This document shows, in pieces, positions 34,323 through 41,796 of a stretch of DNA of 64,000 nt. Every line of letters begins with the position of its first letter. Positions within the stretch are counted from its first letter, which is position 1. The stretch spans positions 829,881-893,880 of the forward strand of contig DAOORK010000001.1 of assembly GCA_035389185.1 (NCBI GenBank), given 5' to 3'. The notes under the pieces are model-generated. The model searched no databases. It saw nothing but the letters and a program-made list of their open reading frames with translations, and was not told the origin of the DNA. Source of the DNA: Candidatus Woesebacteria bacterium. Its GTDB lineage: Bacteria; Patescibacteriota; Microgenomatia; UBA1400; MFAQ01. The position numbers were made by a program, and so were the translations under genes.

Positions 34323-35051
34323 TTATAATTCCATTTTATCGGATGATTCTTCAATTGACTTTTCGAGAATACCGGCAGAAACATAAAGACTAATTAAGTT
34401 GTTTTGAACATTCTTTAGTTTATCGATAAGCGCCTTGGGAAGATTGTGTTTTTGGCCTTTGCTGTTGAAATAAATGATAATGTCGGTTATGGAGTTGAGA
34501 ACACCGGCCAGTGATGGTTTAGCGGTGGTAGATATCCAAAGAAGGCTATCAACCTGTTCATCTTTGATGGCTTCTTTAAGGATCTGAACCTTGCCTTCGG
34601 ATTGAAGATTTTTAAGATATGTTTTACCAAAAATGACTGCTAAGGGAGTAATTAGAACCAAGGAGGCTAGGTTCACAATTACGGGAGTGTTGAGGAGTTG
34701 CAGATTTTGCCAGAGAAAGATGGAAACCAGAGTCAATGAAGCAATTACTGCCTGGTAAGGAGAAATCAAAAGAGCCGTGGCAAAAGCTAGGAAGTCTAAG
34801 ATAAAGAAAAGGGGTGAGTTGATCCCGCCAGTCGAAAATACAAGCAGCAGGGTAATAGAAACGAGAATAAGGGCGGTGAAATAGAAACCATGACTAGTTC
34901 TTCGAAAAATATATTTAGAGGCAAAATAGAGCAGTATAAGAGCTCCGGTAAGCTGAAGATTGTATGAGTTTAGGCTTGGAGTAGAGGTCCAGAAAGAAAT
35001 TAAAATAATTGATACAGCCAAAACAATAGAGCGAACAAGTTTGGAACGCAT
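34323..35051 (-). CDS. Polytopic membrane protein, hypothetical
   Basis: 242 aa with ~6 hydrophobic helices. No recognisable motif. Confidence 0.65.
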   Translation of the reverse strand: MRSKLVRSIVLAVSIILISFWTSTPSLNSYNLQLTGALILLYFASKYIFRRTSHGFYFTALILVSITLLLVFSTGGINSPLFFILDFLAFATALLISPYQAVIASLTLVSIFLWQNLQLLNTPVIVNLASLVLITPLAVIFGKTYLKNLQSEGKVQILKEAIKDEQVDSLLWISTTAKPSLAGVLNSITDIIIYFNSKGQKHNLPKALIDKLKNVQNNLISLYVSAGILEKSIEESSDKMEL

Positions 35052-35310
35052 ACATTAATAATACCAGTATTGAATAAAGGAATCTATTTGGATATTAATG
35101 CGGAAATTAGTAAAAAACTTTGCGTTAATTACTGATATATTTAGTTCTATATTTGGCAGTCTACTTTATATTCTGCTTAATTATATGAACTTGATTATCT
35201 TGTGAAATTGTAAAATATTGCAGGTTGTTTAAAGGAAATATTATAGAGAATATTTGCGGAAAATATTCATTAATGGAACGTAGTTGTTGGGTTGATGATA
35301 TATTTTATTT

Positions 35311-35916
35311 GTGGAGATAAAAACAATATGGGGATACTTGAAAAATTCAACCGGTCTGGATCGGTTTTTGCTCGGAGTAATCATTGTTGGACTAGTAGTT
35401 TGTTCAATTAGCGTTTTTAGAGGCATTCTAATAAGCCGTCAGGTTCAAGTTGAGTATTTGAGTAACGGAGATGTGTCTTCCGGGAGTATAACGAAGGTAT
35501 ACGTGGATATTGAAGGGGCGGTAGTTTATCCGGGAGTCTATGAATTGAACCTCGGATCAAGAATTAAAGATGTTTTGGTGTTAGCGGGTGGTTTATCTGA
35601 AAGTGCTGATAGAGATTTTTGTGAAAAGAATATTAATATGGCAGAACAAATTAAAGATGGACAGAAGATTTATATCCCTTCTGGGGGAAATAGTGATGCC
35701 GATAGGGGGTATTTTGAGGCTAGTATTCAAAGTAAAAAGATTAGTATAAACACTGCAAGTATCAGTGAGTTGGATACCCTTTGGGGTATAGGTGAGTCTC
35801 GCGCCGAAAGTATTGTGAAAAATAGACCGTATCAATCGGTTGATGATTTGGTTACAAAAGGAGTATTGCCAAGTAGTATTCTGGAAAGAAATAGAGAGCT
35901 GTTGTCAGTTTTTTAA
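35311..35916 (+). CDS. comEA: Competence protein ComEA (DNA-binding helix-hairpin-helix)
   Basis: A TM anchor plus a C-terminal tandem HhH (SINTASISELDTLWGIGESRAESIVKNRPYQSVDDL). It lies immediately upstream of comEC. The start is uncertain: GTG at 35311 or TTG at 35338. Confidence 0.8.
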   Translation: MEIKTIWGYLKNSTGLDRFLLGVIIVGLVVCSISVFRGILISRQVQVEYLSNGDVSSGSITKVYVDIEGAVVYPGVYELNLGSRIKDVLVLAGGLSESADRDFCEKNINMAEQIKDGQKIYIPSGGNSDADRGYFEASIQSKKISINTASISELDTLWGIGESRAESIVKNRPYQSVDDLVTKGVLPSSILERNRELLSVF

Positions 35917-35918
35917 AT

Positions 35919-37034
35919 ATGAGAAGGAGAGTATTTTTTCTCCTGGTGATACTAATCTTTAGATTTATTCTAGGGTGGTTGGAGAGTACCAAGTATAGCC
36001 AAAATGCAGTTATAAAAGTTACGGGAAATATATACAAGATAGATCATAATGATACAAAATGTGTCATTAGAATAGGTGACATTTTTGTTGATCCCCGCAA
36101 AGACTGTTTCTTTTCACAAGGGGATAAGGTAGAGATAATTGGCAGAGTGAGGAGGGGTGTGATAGACAATATTTTGGGAAGAATATGGCTTGACAGCGCG
36201 GAAATAGTGGTTTTTGATAAAGAGGAAGATAAGCCAGATGAACCAGGGGTAATTGAAGCAGTACTGATTAAGTTTCGTGAAAAGATGCTGTCTCGCTACC
36301 GTATGCATTTACCTGAGCCTGAGTCGAGCCTGGTTGCGGGAATAATTTTGGGATACAAAAAAGATATAGGGCGAGAATTTTACGACAAAATGATAAAGAG
36401 CGGTACGATACACATCGCTGTTGCTTCAGGATACAACATTATGTTGGTAGGGGGAACGACATTATCTATTTGTCTGTGGTTTTTGAAGAGAAAAAAGGCA
36501 ACGATAGTCTCGATTTTTTTAATGGCTGTTTATGCTTTGGAAGCTGGAGGTGAGCCTCCTGTGGTAAGGGCGGTGATTATGGGGATAGTGGTCTTTTTGG
36601 CTGCCTGTATCGGCAGAAAAGTAATCTCTTGGTGGATTCTTTTGGTTACTGGCTGGTTGATGGTGATTATTGAACCCTTGTTATTGCTTGACGTAAGTTT
36701 TCAGCTATCTATGGCGGCAAGCGTGGGTTTGATGATAGTTGAGCCATGTTTGAGAAAGAAGATAGAGAATTGGGATCGGAGATTGTCTGAGTTGGTGTCT
36801 GGTTCGGGGATCTTGAGTTCAGTATCGACTATGGCAATGACAGTGCCAATTATTTGGTACCAGTTTGGGAGAATGAGTCTGATTGGTATATTAAGTAATA
36901 CTTTGATATTACCGTTTGTGCCATTGTTGATGATCTTGGGGGCGGGTATGCAGATTCTTCCGAGATTGTTTTTTTGGCCAACCTACATAATGGCGCACTG
37001 GATTGTGGGGGTGATTGAGTTTTTTGGAATGTAA
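35919..37034 (+). CDS. comEC: ComEC/Rec2 N-terminal part (DUF4131 plus competence membrane domain)
   Basis: The polytopic competence domain (LVAGIILGYKKDIG...TIHIAVASGYNIMLVGG...) ends at a TAA 8 nt before the MBL-domain ORF. Confidence 0.8.
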   Translation: MRRRVFFLLVILIFRFILGWLESTKYSQNAVIKVTGNIYKIDHNDTKCVIRIGDIFVDPRKDCFFSQGDKVEIIGRVRRGVIDNILGRIWLDSAEIVVFDKEEDKPDEPGVIEAVLIKFREKMLSRYRMHLPEPESSLVAGIILGYKKDIGREFYDKMIKSGTIHIAVASGYNIMLVGGTTLSICLWFLKRKKATIVSIFLMAVYALEAGGEPPVVRAVIMGIVVFLAACIGRKVISWWILLVTGWLMVIIEPLLLLDVSFQLSMAASVGLMIVEPCLRKKIENWDRRLSELVSGSGILSSVSTMAMTVPIIWYQFGRMSLIGILSNTLILPFVPLLMILGAGMQILPRLFFWPTYIMAHWIVGVIEFFGM

Positions 37035-37042
37035 GATGAAGT

Positions 37043-37819
37043 GTGAGCTGGAAAAAATGGGGAGTTATATTGATTTTGCTAAGCTTGCTGTGGCTCTGGC
37101 AACAGTGGCCTGACGGGAAGCTACACGTAGCTTTTTGCGACGTGGGCCAGGGAGATGGAGCACTGGTCGCTTTGGGAGCATTTCAAGCCTTGATAGACAC
37201 CGGCCCCAGCGAGGAGAAACTGTGGCAGTGTTTAACAAAAGAGATGCCCTTTTGGGATAGAAAGATTGACCTAGTTTTTATTAGCCACCAACAATCAGAC
37301 CACAGTGGGGCGCTTGCCGATCTTTTAAAAAGATATCAAGTATCTAAGTTGATCCAAAATGCAGAACAAAATGATGTCTATCGATATGGTGATTTGTATT
37401 TCGATATATTAAGTGAGGTGCAGAAAGATAAGATTGGGGAAACGAGTACCTCAAAAGAAGAGAATGAGTTGGCCATGGTGATAAGACTAGAATATCGAGA
37501 GTTTTCGGCGTTGTTTACGGCAGACATTGGGGAAAAGACAGAATCAGCACTGTTGGCAGATGGAGTGCTAAAAAAGGTGACACTATTAAAAGTTCCGCAT
37601 CACGGGTCAAAATACAGTTCGACGTTATCATTTTTAGAAGCTTTGAGCCCAAGGGTGGCGGTTATTTCGGTTGGAGCCAAAAACAGTTATGGTCATCCTC
37701 ATGGAGATACTTTGATGCGTTTAGATTCTATTGGAGCAGAAGTATTGCGGACGGACCAAGTGGGGACTGTGGAGATAGTTACGGATGGATATAGGTTTGA
37801 TATTTACAATGAGAGGTAA
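37043..37819 (+). CDS. comEC: ComEC C-terminal metallo-beta-lactamase domain, as a separate ORF (GTG start, different frame)
   Basis: VAFCDVGQGDGALV ... FISHQQSDHSGAL ... KVPHHGSKYSS are MBL-fold motifs. It begins with the last TM helix expected for ComEC. This is either a split gene or a frameshift. Confidence 0.75.
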   Translation: MSWKKWGVILILLSLLWLWQQWPDGKLHVAFCDVGQGDGALVALGAFQALIDTGPSEEKLWQCLTKEMPFWDRKIDLVFISHQQSDHSGALADLLKRYQVSKLIQNAEQNDVYRYGDLYFDILSEVQKDKIGETSTSKEENELAMVIRLEYREFSALFTADIGEKTESALLADGVLKKVTLLKVPHHGSKYSSTLSFLEALSPRVAVISVGAKNSYGHPHGDTLMRLDSIGAEVLRTDQVGTVEIVTDGYRFDIYNER

Positions 37820-38019
37820 TTAGATTTGCCGTGGAATATATCGACGGAAAGTAGGGTATTGCACTTTGTGAAAAAAATGTTTAGTATGGATATGGACTCC
37901 TAAAAAGTGTCTGTAGATTGCAAAACGGTTTTTTGATTAATAGACGATTGTAGACGTACGATTGGTCGTTAGTCATTCCTGATCAGGAAACGTTTGCAGT
38001 TACTGTTTGCACATTGTAG

Positions 38020-38085
38020 TCCTCGTAAGCGCGTAAGGCTTCTTCGTGTTAGTTGGTTAGTTGTTAGTTTTAGTGTTAGTGTTCG
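38020..38085. repeat. Short imperfect tandem repeat (GTTAGT)n in an intergenic region
   Basis: tgttagttggttagttgttagttttagtgttagtgttcg. Confidence 0.4.
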
Positions 38086-38360
38086 TAAAAGAGACAAGGG
38101 GCGAGGTGAGGAACCAAGCCCCTTTTCTTTATTTAAAAATAATTTACGTTTCTTCCGTACTAATCCATTGGAAAAACCGAACGCTCTTTCGCCTGCGCGA
38201 AAGCCGTTCTTTCTATCAGCAAAATTTTCTTGAGTACAAGAAACCAGGCAATTTTACTTTGCGCGATATTTTTCCAATTGGACTAGTACTCCAAAACAAT
38301 TATTTTTATATATTTCACCAAGCTGTCGCAAAGGGGTTTTGTAGGCAGTACAATTGACAC

Positions 38361-39635
38361 ATGAGATTTTCACCAAAAACATACAAGTTGGGTAAGTTGC
38401 GGATAATTTTGGTTCCGGAAGAAAGGGAATCGGTGACTGTGCGAGTAATGGTGGGCACAGGATCACGGGAGGAAATGGATAAAGAAGCAGGATCGGCCCA
38501 TTTTTTGGAGCATTTCGTTTTCAAAGGGACGCGAAAATTCCCAAAAATGTTTGATATCACCGAAGCAGTCGAAAAGGTTGGCGGAGCATATAACGCCTAT
38601 ACGGGTCAAAACGAGATGGGGTTTTGGGTAAAAATGGACAAAGGGAATATCGCTTTGGCCACCGAGATTGTTGGGCAGTTGGTGACAGAACCGGTGTTAC
38701 CCAAAGAGCATTTTAATAAAGAGCGAGGCACCATTTTGGAAGAGTTACATATGTACGAGGACATGCCAAACAGTAAGGCGGCTGAAGAGTGTGAAAAATT
38801 AGTATATGGCAAAACAAACATGGGTAGGCCGATTATCGGTACCATTAATAGTTTGGAATCGATGACTGTGGAAGAACTGCGAAAGTATTTTGATAAATGG
38901 TTTGTGGCAGAGAATATTGTGGTTGGCGTAGTGGGAGATTATGGATCCGATGAAAAGATGTTATCGCTTATCAAGAAAGAATTCGCTGTATTGATTGATG
39001 ACCAGAGAACACTTCCGGAGAAAGATAAATTTAACTGGGATAAACAAGAAAATGCCCGAGTGAAATTGATTAACCGTAAGGTGGAGCAAGCAGCCGTTCG
39101 TATGGCATTTAGGGGCATTAAGATGACCGACGAAAGACGTTTTGCTCTGGAACTACTTAACATAATTTACGGTGATGGGACGATGTCTAGATTGATGAGG
39201 GAAGTGCGTGAAGAAAGGGGCTGGGCTTATGCAATTCGATCTGGAGTAGATCAGTTTACCGATGCTGGCAGTGTGATGATGGGGGCCGGTTTGCCAAAAA
39301 ATAAATTGAATGAAGCGGTAGAGTTGATCGTAGAAATCAGCTTGGGATTGTCAGGCGGGAACAAATGGGCGATAAAAAAAGAAGAGGTAGAAGTGGCCAA
39401 AGATTGTTTCCGTGGCCGTTTGGCTTTGGACTTTGATAGACCGGAGGAAGTCTTGGGATCTGCACTGGAAGACTCCTTATTTAGAGAAAAGATATATTCG
39501 CCTGAAGAAATAATTGAAAAAGTAGAAAAGGTGAGTCTAGAAGAAGTCAAAAGTTTGGCGGCGGAGATTTTCCAAAAGGAAAACATGTCAATAGCCGTAG
39601 TTGGGAATTACAAAAAATTAGATTTCAAGATCTAA
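38361..39635 (+). CDS. M16-family (pitrilysin/insulinase-like) zinc peptidase
   Basis: Inverted zinc motif HFLEHFVFKGT, with a downstream Glu in the EL/EE region. The ATG lies 6 nt after a TACAAT box, so the mRNA is probably leaderless. Confidence 0.8.
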   Translation: MRFSPKTYKLGKLRIILVPEERESVTVRVMVGTGSREEMDKEAGSAHFLEHFVFKGTRKFPKMFDITEAVEKVGGAYNAYTGQNEMGFWVKMDKGNIALATEIVGQLVTEPVLPKEHFNKERGTILEELHMYEDMPNSKAAEECEKLVYGKTNMGRPIIGTINSLESMTVEELRKYFDKWFVAENIVVGVVGDYGSDEKMLSLIKKEFAVLIDDQRTLPEKDKFNWDKQENARVKLINRKVEQAAVRMAFRGIKMTDERRFALELLNIIYGDGTMSRLMREVREERGWAYAIRSGVDQFTDAGSVMMGAGLPKNKLNEAVELIVEISLGLSGGNKWAIKKEEVEVAKDCFRGRLALDFDRPEEVLGSALEDSLFREKIYSPEEIIEKVEKVSLEEVKSLAAEIFQKENMSIAVVGNYKKLDFKI

Positions 39636-39832
39636 GACTGAAGTCCTCTGTTTGGTTTGGGCGGGTGTTTGGCCTCACTTTGTTTGATGGCGGAACAAAT
39701 GGGACAGTAGAGAGGCGCTGTCTTGTTTTCTCTTACGTCTTTTTGTTGTTCAAAATCGGAATAAACGAAAGGGTTATGACAGTTTTGACAGATGAGAACT
39801 TTATCAGGCATAAGAATATTTTACACTGTGTA

Positions 39833-39862
39833 AAAAAAGCCAAGATTATCTTGGCTTTTGGG
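39833..39862. terminator. Bidirectional rho-independent terminator (GCCAAGAT-TATC-TTGGC flanked by A- and T-tracts)
   Basis: Sits between convergent genes 38361..39635 (+) and 39867..40322 (-). Confidence 0.55.
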
Positions 39863-39866
39863 TACT

Positions 39867-40322
39867 TTATAGATCGGGTAGAAGGATAGTAAGAGCGATT
39901 TGAATGGCTTGGTCAAGGTCACTAACGACGAATCCGGCAGCTCCTCGTAGCATCTTGTGAAAGTGAATATTGTTGTCTTCCATAACGATGATAGTTGGTT
40001 TACGCAGGATATCTGCCCAGGCAACTTCCATAACGGTACCAATGGAGACTTCTTTGGCGCCAAGAAAATTGACGAAGATCAGATCCGAGCGGGAAACGTC
40101 GTTACGATCTCGGCAGTCAATGCCTTGCGGGGTACTGAGCGGATGATAATCGTAGTTGCCGCCAATATTGGTTTCATCGACAAGATACTTTTTACCCCTC
40201 AAGGGATTTAAGCCAATGACATTTGGGGGAAATTTACCGGTAACGTACTCACGCCAGCCAAGACAGTCCTTATATGAGAGTCCAGTAATGGGACCAGCCA
40301 GGTACACAAGATAATCATTCAC
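39867..40322 (-). CDS. Nucleoside 2-deoxyribosyltransferase-like protein
   Basis: N-terminal VYLAGPITG motif and a later SIGTVMEVAWA...KPTIIV block, characteristic of the Nuc_deoxyrib_tr fold. The start is GTG, preceded by GAGGAGG. Upstream is the leader cassette TATTAT-N15-ACTTTAACAGAGGAGG. Confidence 0.65.
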   Translation of the reverse strand: MNDYLVYLAGPITGLSYKDCLGWREYVTGKFPPNVIGLNPLRGKKYLVDETNIGGNYDYHPLSTPQGIDCRDRNDVSRSDLIFVNFLGAKEVSIGTVMEVAWADILRKPTIIVMEDNNIHFHKMLRGAAGFVVSDLDQAIQIALTILLPDL

Positions 40323-40396
40323 TTTTAACCTCCTCTGTTAAAGTTCAAACTTGGAGTTGATAATAACATAGGAATAGGGTATTTACGAAATTGTTG

Positions 40397-40469
40397 TGGA
40401 CCTGAGGGGAATCGAACCCCTTACCTCCGCAATGCGAATGCGGCGCTCTACCAGGTGAGCTACAGGCCC
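40397..40469 (-). tRNA. tRNA-Ala (anticodon CGC)
   Basis: Cloverleaf by eye: acceptor GGGCCUG/CAGGUCC with G3:U70, D-arm GCUCACCUGGUAGAGC, anticodon stem-loop CCGCA-UUCGCAU-UGCGG, T-arm GGGGUUCGAUUCCCC. CCA is not encoded. Confidence 0.8.
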
Positions 40470-40547
40470 ATTAGGTATATTTTATCAATAATAAGTTCGT
40501 TTTGATTGTGTCATTCACATAGGGGAGTTCTATGGTACGATTGAAAT

Positions 40548-41243
40548 ATGAAAATATATTCTAAAATAATAAAGTCCGAGGCGAAAAAGTTAAGAGAGAA
40601 AGGGAAAACGAGCCGAGAAATAAATTCCATACTGAACCAACATATCCCCAAAAGCACATTTACCGGTTGGTTTAGAGGTATTAGGCTGACTTATGAACAA
40701 AAGAAAAGGATATCGTTATTAAACGCGAGAAAATTGGATTTGGCAAGAGTAAGGGCCGTGAAGGCGAATAAGGTGATACGAAATAGATTTTTAGTGTCTC
40801 TTGACGAAATAAATAGACCTATTAGTAAAAAAATAAGAGGTACACAGACAGCAAAGATCGCCTTGGCGATGCTTTGTTTTGGCGAGGCGTCAAAATACGG
40901 GAGTGGATCTGTATTTTCTCTTGGAAATACAAATCACAAGATAATTACGCTTTTTATTAAATTACTTAAGGTTTGTTTTGACATAGATAACAGTAAATTT
41001 AGATGTACAGTAATGTGTCGAGCGGACCAAAACACCAACGAATTGGAAAAATATTGGCGAGAGATAACAAATATTCCAAAGAATCAGTTTTACAAAACAA
41101 GAATTGATCCTCGGTCGATAGGAAAGCCGACAAAGAAGCCGGGATACAAAGGTGTATTGAAGGTCGACTATTTGGATACAAAAATTCAGCTGGAGCTGGA
41201 ATCTCTGGCTAATTTGCTTTATAATCAAGCAGTTAGTTTATAG
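40548..41243 (+). CDS. Hypothetical protein with an N-terminal HTH-like region and a degenerate LAGLIDADG-like segment; possible homing-endonuclease relic
   Basis: 231 aa. The N-terminus (KKLREKGKTSREINSILNQHIPKSTFTGWFRG) is HTH-like. The central IALAMLCFGEASKYGSGSVFSL resembles a LAGLIDADG block with substitutions. It is flanked by tRNA-Ala genes in inverted orientation. Confidence 0.55.
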   Translation: MKIYSKIIKSEAKKLREKGKTSREINSILNQHIPKSTFTGWFRGIRLTYEQKKRISLLNARKLDLARVRAVKANKVIRNRFLVSLDEINRPISKKIRGTQTAKIALAMLCFGEASKYGSGSVFSLGNTNHKIITLFIKLLKVCFDIDNSKFRCTVMCRADQNTNELEKYWREITNIPKNQFYKTRIDPRSIGKPTKKPGYKGVLKVDYLDTKIQLELESLANLLYNQAVSL

Positions 41244-41245
41244 AA

Positions 41246-41318
41246 GGGCCCGTAGCTCACCTGGTAGAGCGTTCGCATGGCATGCGAAAGGTAGTCGGTC
41301 CGAGTCCGATCGGGTCCA
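41246..41318 (+). tRNA. tRNA-Ala (anticodon GGC)
   Basis: Acceptor GGGCCCG/CGGGUCC with G3:U70, anticodon loop AUGGCAU, and an atypical T-loop UCCGAGU. It starts 2 nt after the stop of CDS 40548..41243. Confidence 0.65.
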
Positions 41319-41321
41319 CAA

Positions 41322-41678
41322 ATGGAAAAAAGTATTGAGAAACCAGAGGAGTTGAATAGACTTGAGGAATTACAAGAGGCAATTAAGAGTGCACCACAGA
41401 AAGTTCAGGCTGAATTTGACAAAAATTTAAATCCTTGGCTGTCTTGTCTGATTAGTAGTGTTGAGGTGATTGATATTTATTTAAACAGTTCGAAACTAAA
41501 GACTTTATTGCCGGAAGAAAAAATTGAGTCTGCAGCCGAAAAGTTGAACTGTCTGAAGAAGAAAATTTCATTATTGAAGGAGCAATATCCTAATAGGGAA
41601 ACGATATTACTAGAAGAATTGCAGAACGAATTACTGCGAGAATTAGATGTTCTTCGAGACGAAGAGACAGAAAAATAG
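41322..41678 (+). CDS. Hypothetical coiled-coil protein
   Basis: 118 aa, rich in E/K/L heptads, sitting between two tRNA genes. Confidence 0.5.
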   Translation: MEKSIEKPEELNRLEELQEAIKSAPQKVQAEFDKNLNPWLSCLISSVEVIDIYLNSSKLKTLLPEEKIESAAEKLNCLKKKISLLKEQYPNRETILLEELQNELLRELDVLRDEETEK

Positions 41679-41718
41679 ACGTTTTGTTTTCATCAAAATT
41701 GAGATAAAATTACTAGAA

Positions 41719-41791
41719 GGGCCCGTAGCTCACCTGGTAGAGCGCCGCATTCGCATTGCGGAGGTAAGGGGTCCGAGTCCCCTCAAGTCCA
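41719..41791 (+). tRNA. tRNA-Ala(CGC)-like second copy, degenerate or chimeric (possible pseudogene)
   Basis: The D and anticodon arms are identical to 40397..40469. The first 30 nt, including the upstream TAGAAG, are identical to the tRNA-Ala(GGC) context at 41241. The T-loop is UCCGAGU, and there are two C:A mismatches in the acceptor stem (5' GGGCCCG, 3' CAAGUCC). Confidence 0.5.
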
Positions 41792-41796
41792 CATTA

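Noticed and set aside
39665-39889. 74-aa + ORF between the M16 peptidase and the deoxyribosyltransferase-like gene
   Set aside because: It runs through the bidirectional terminator and overlaps the 3' end of the minus-strand gene. No RBS.
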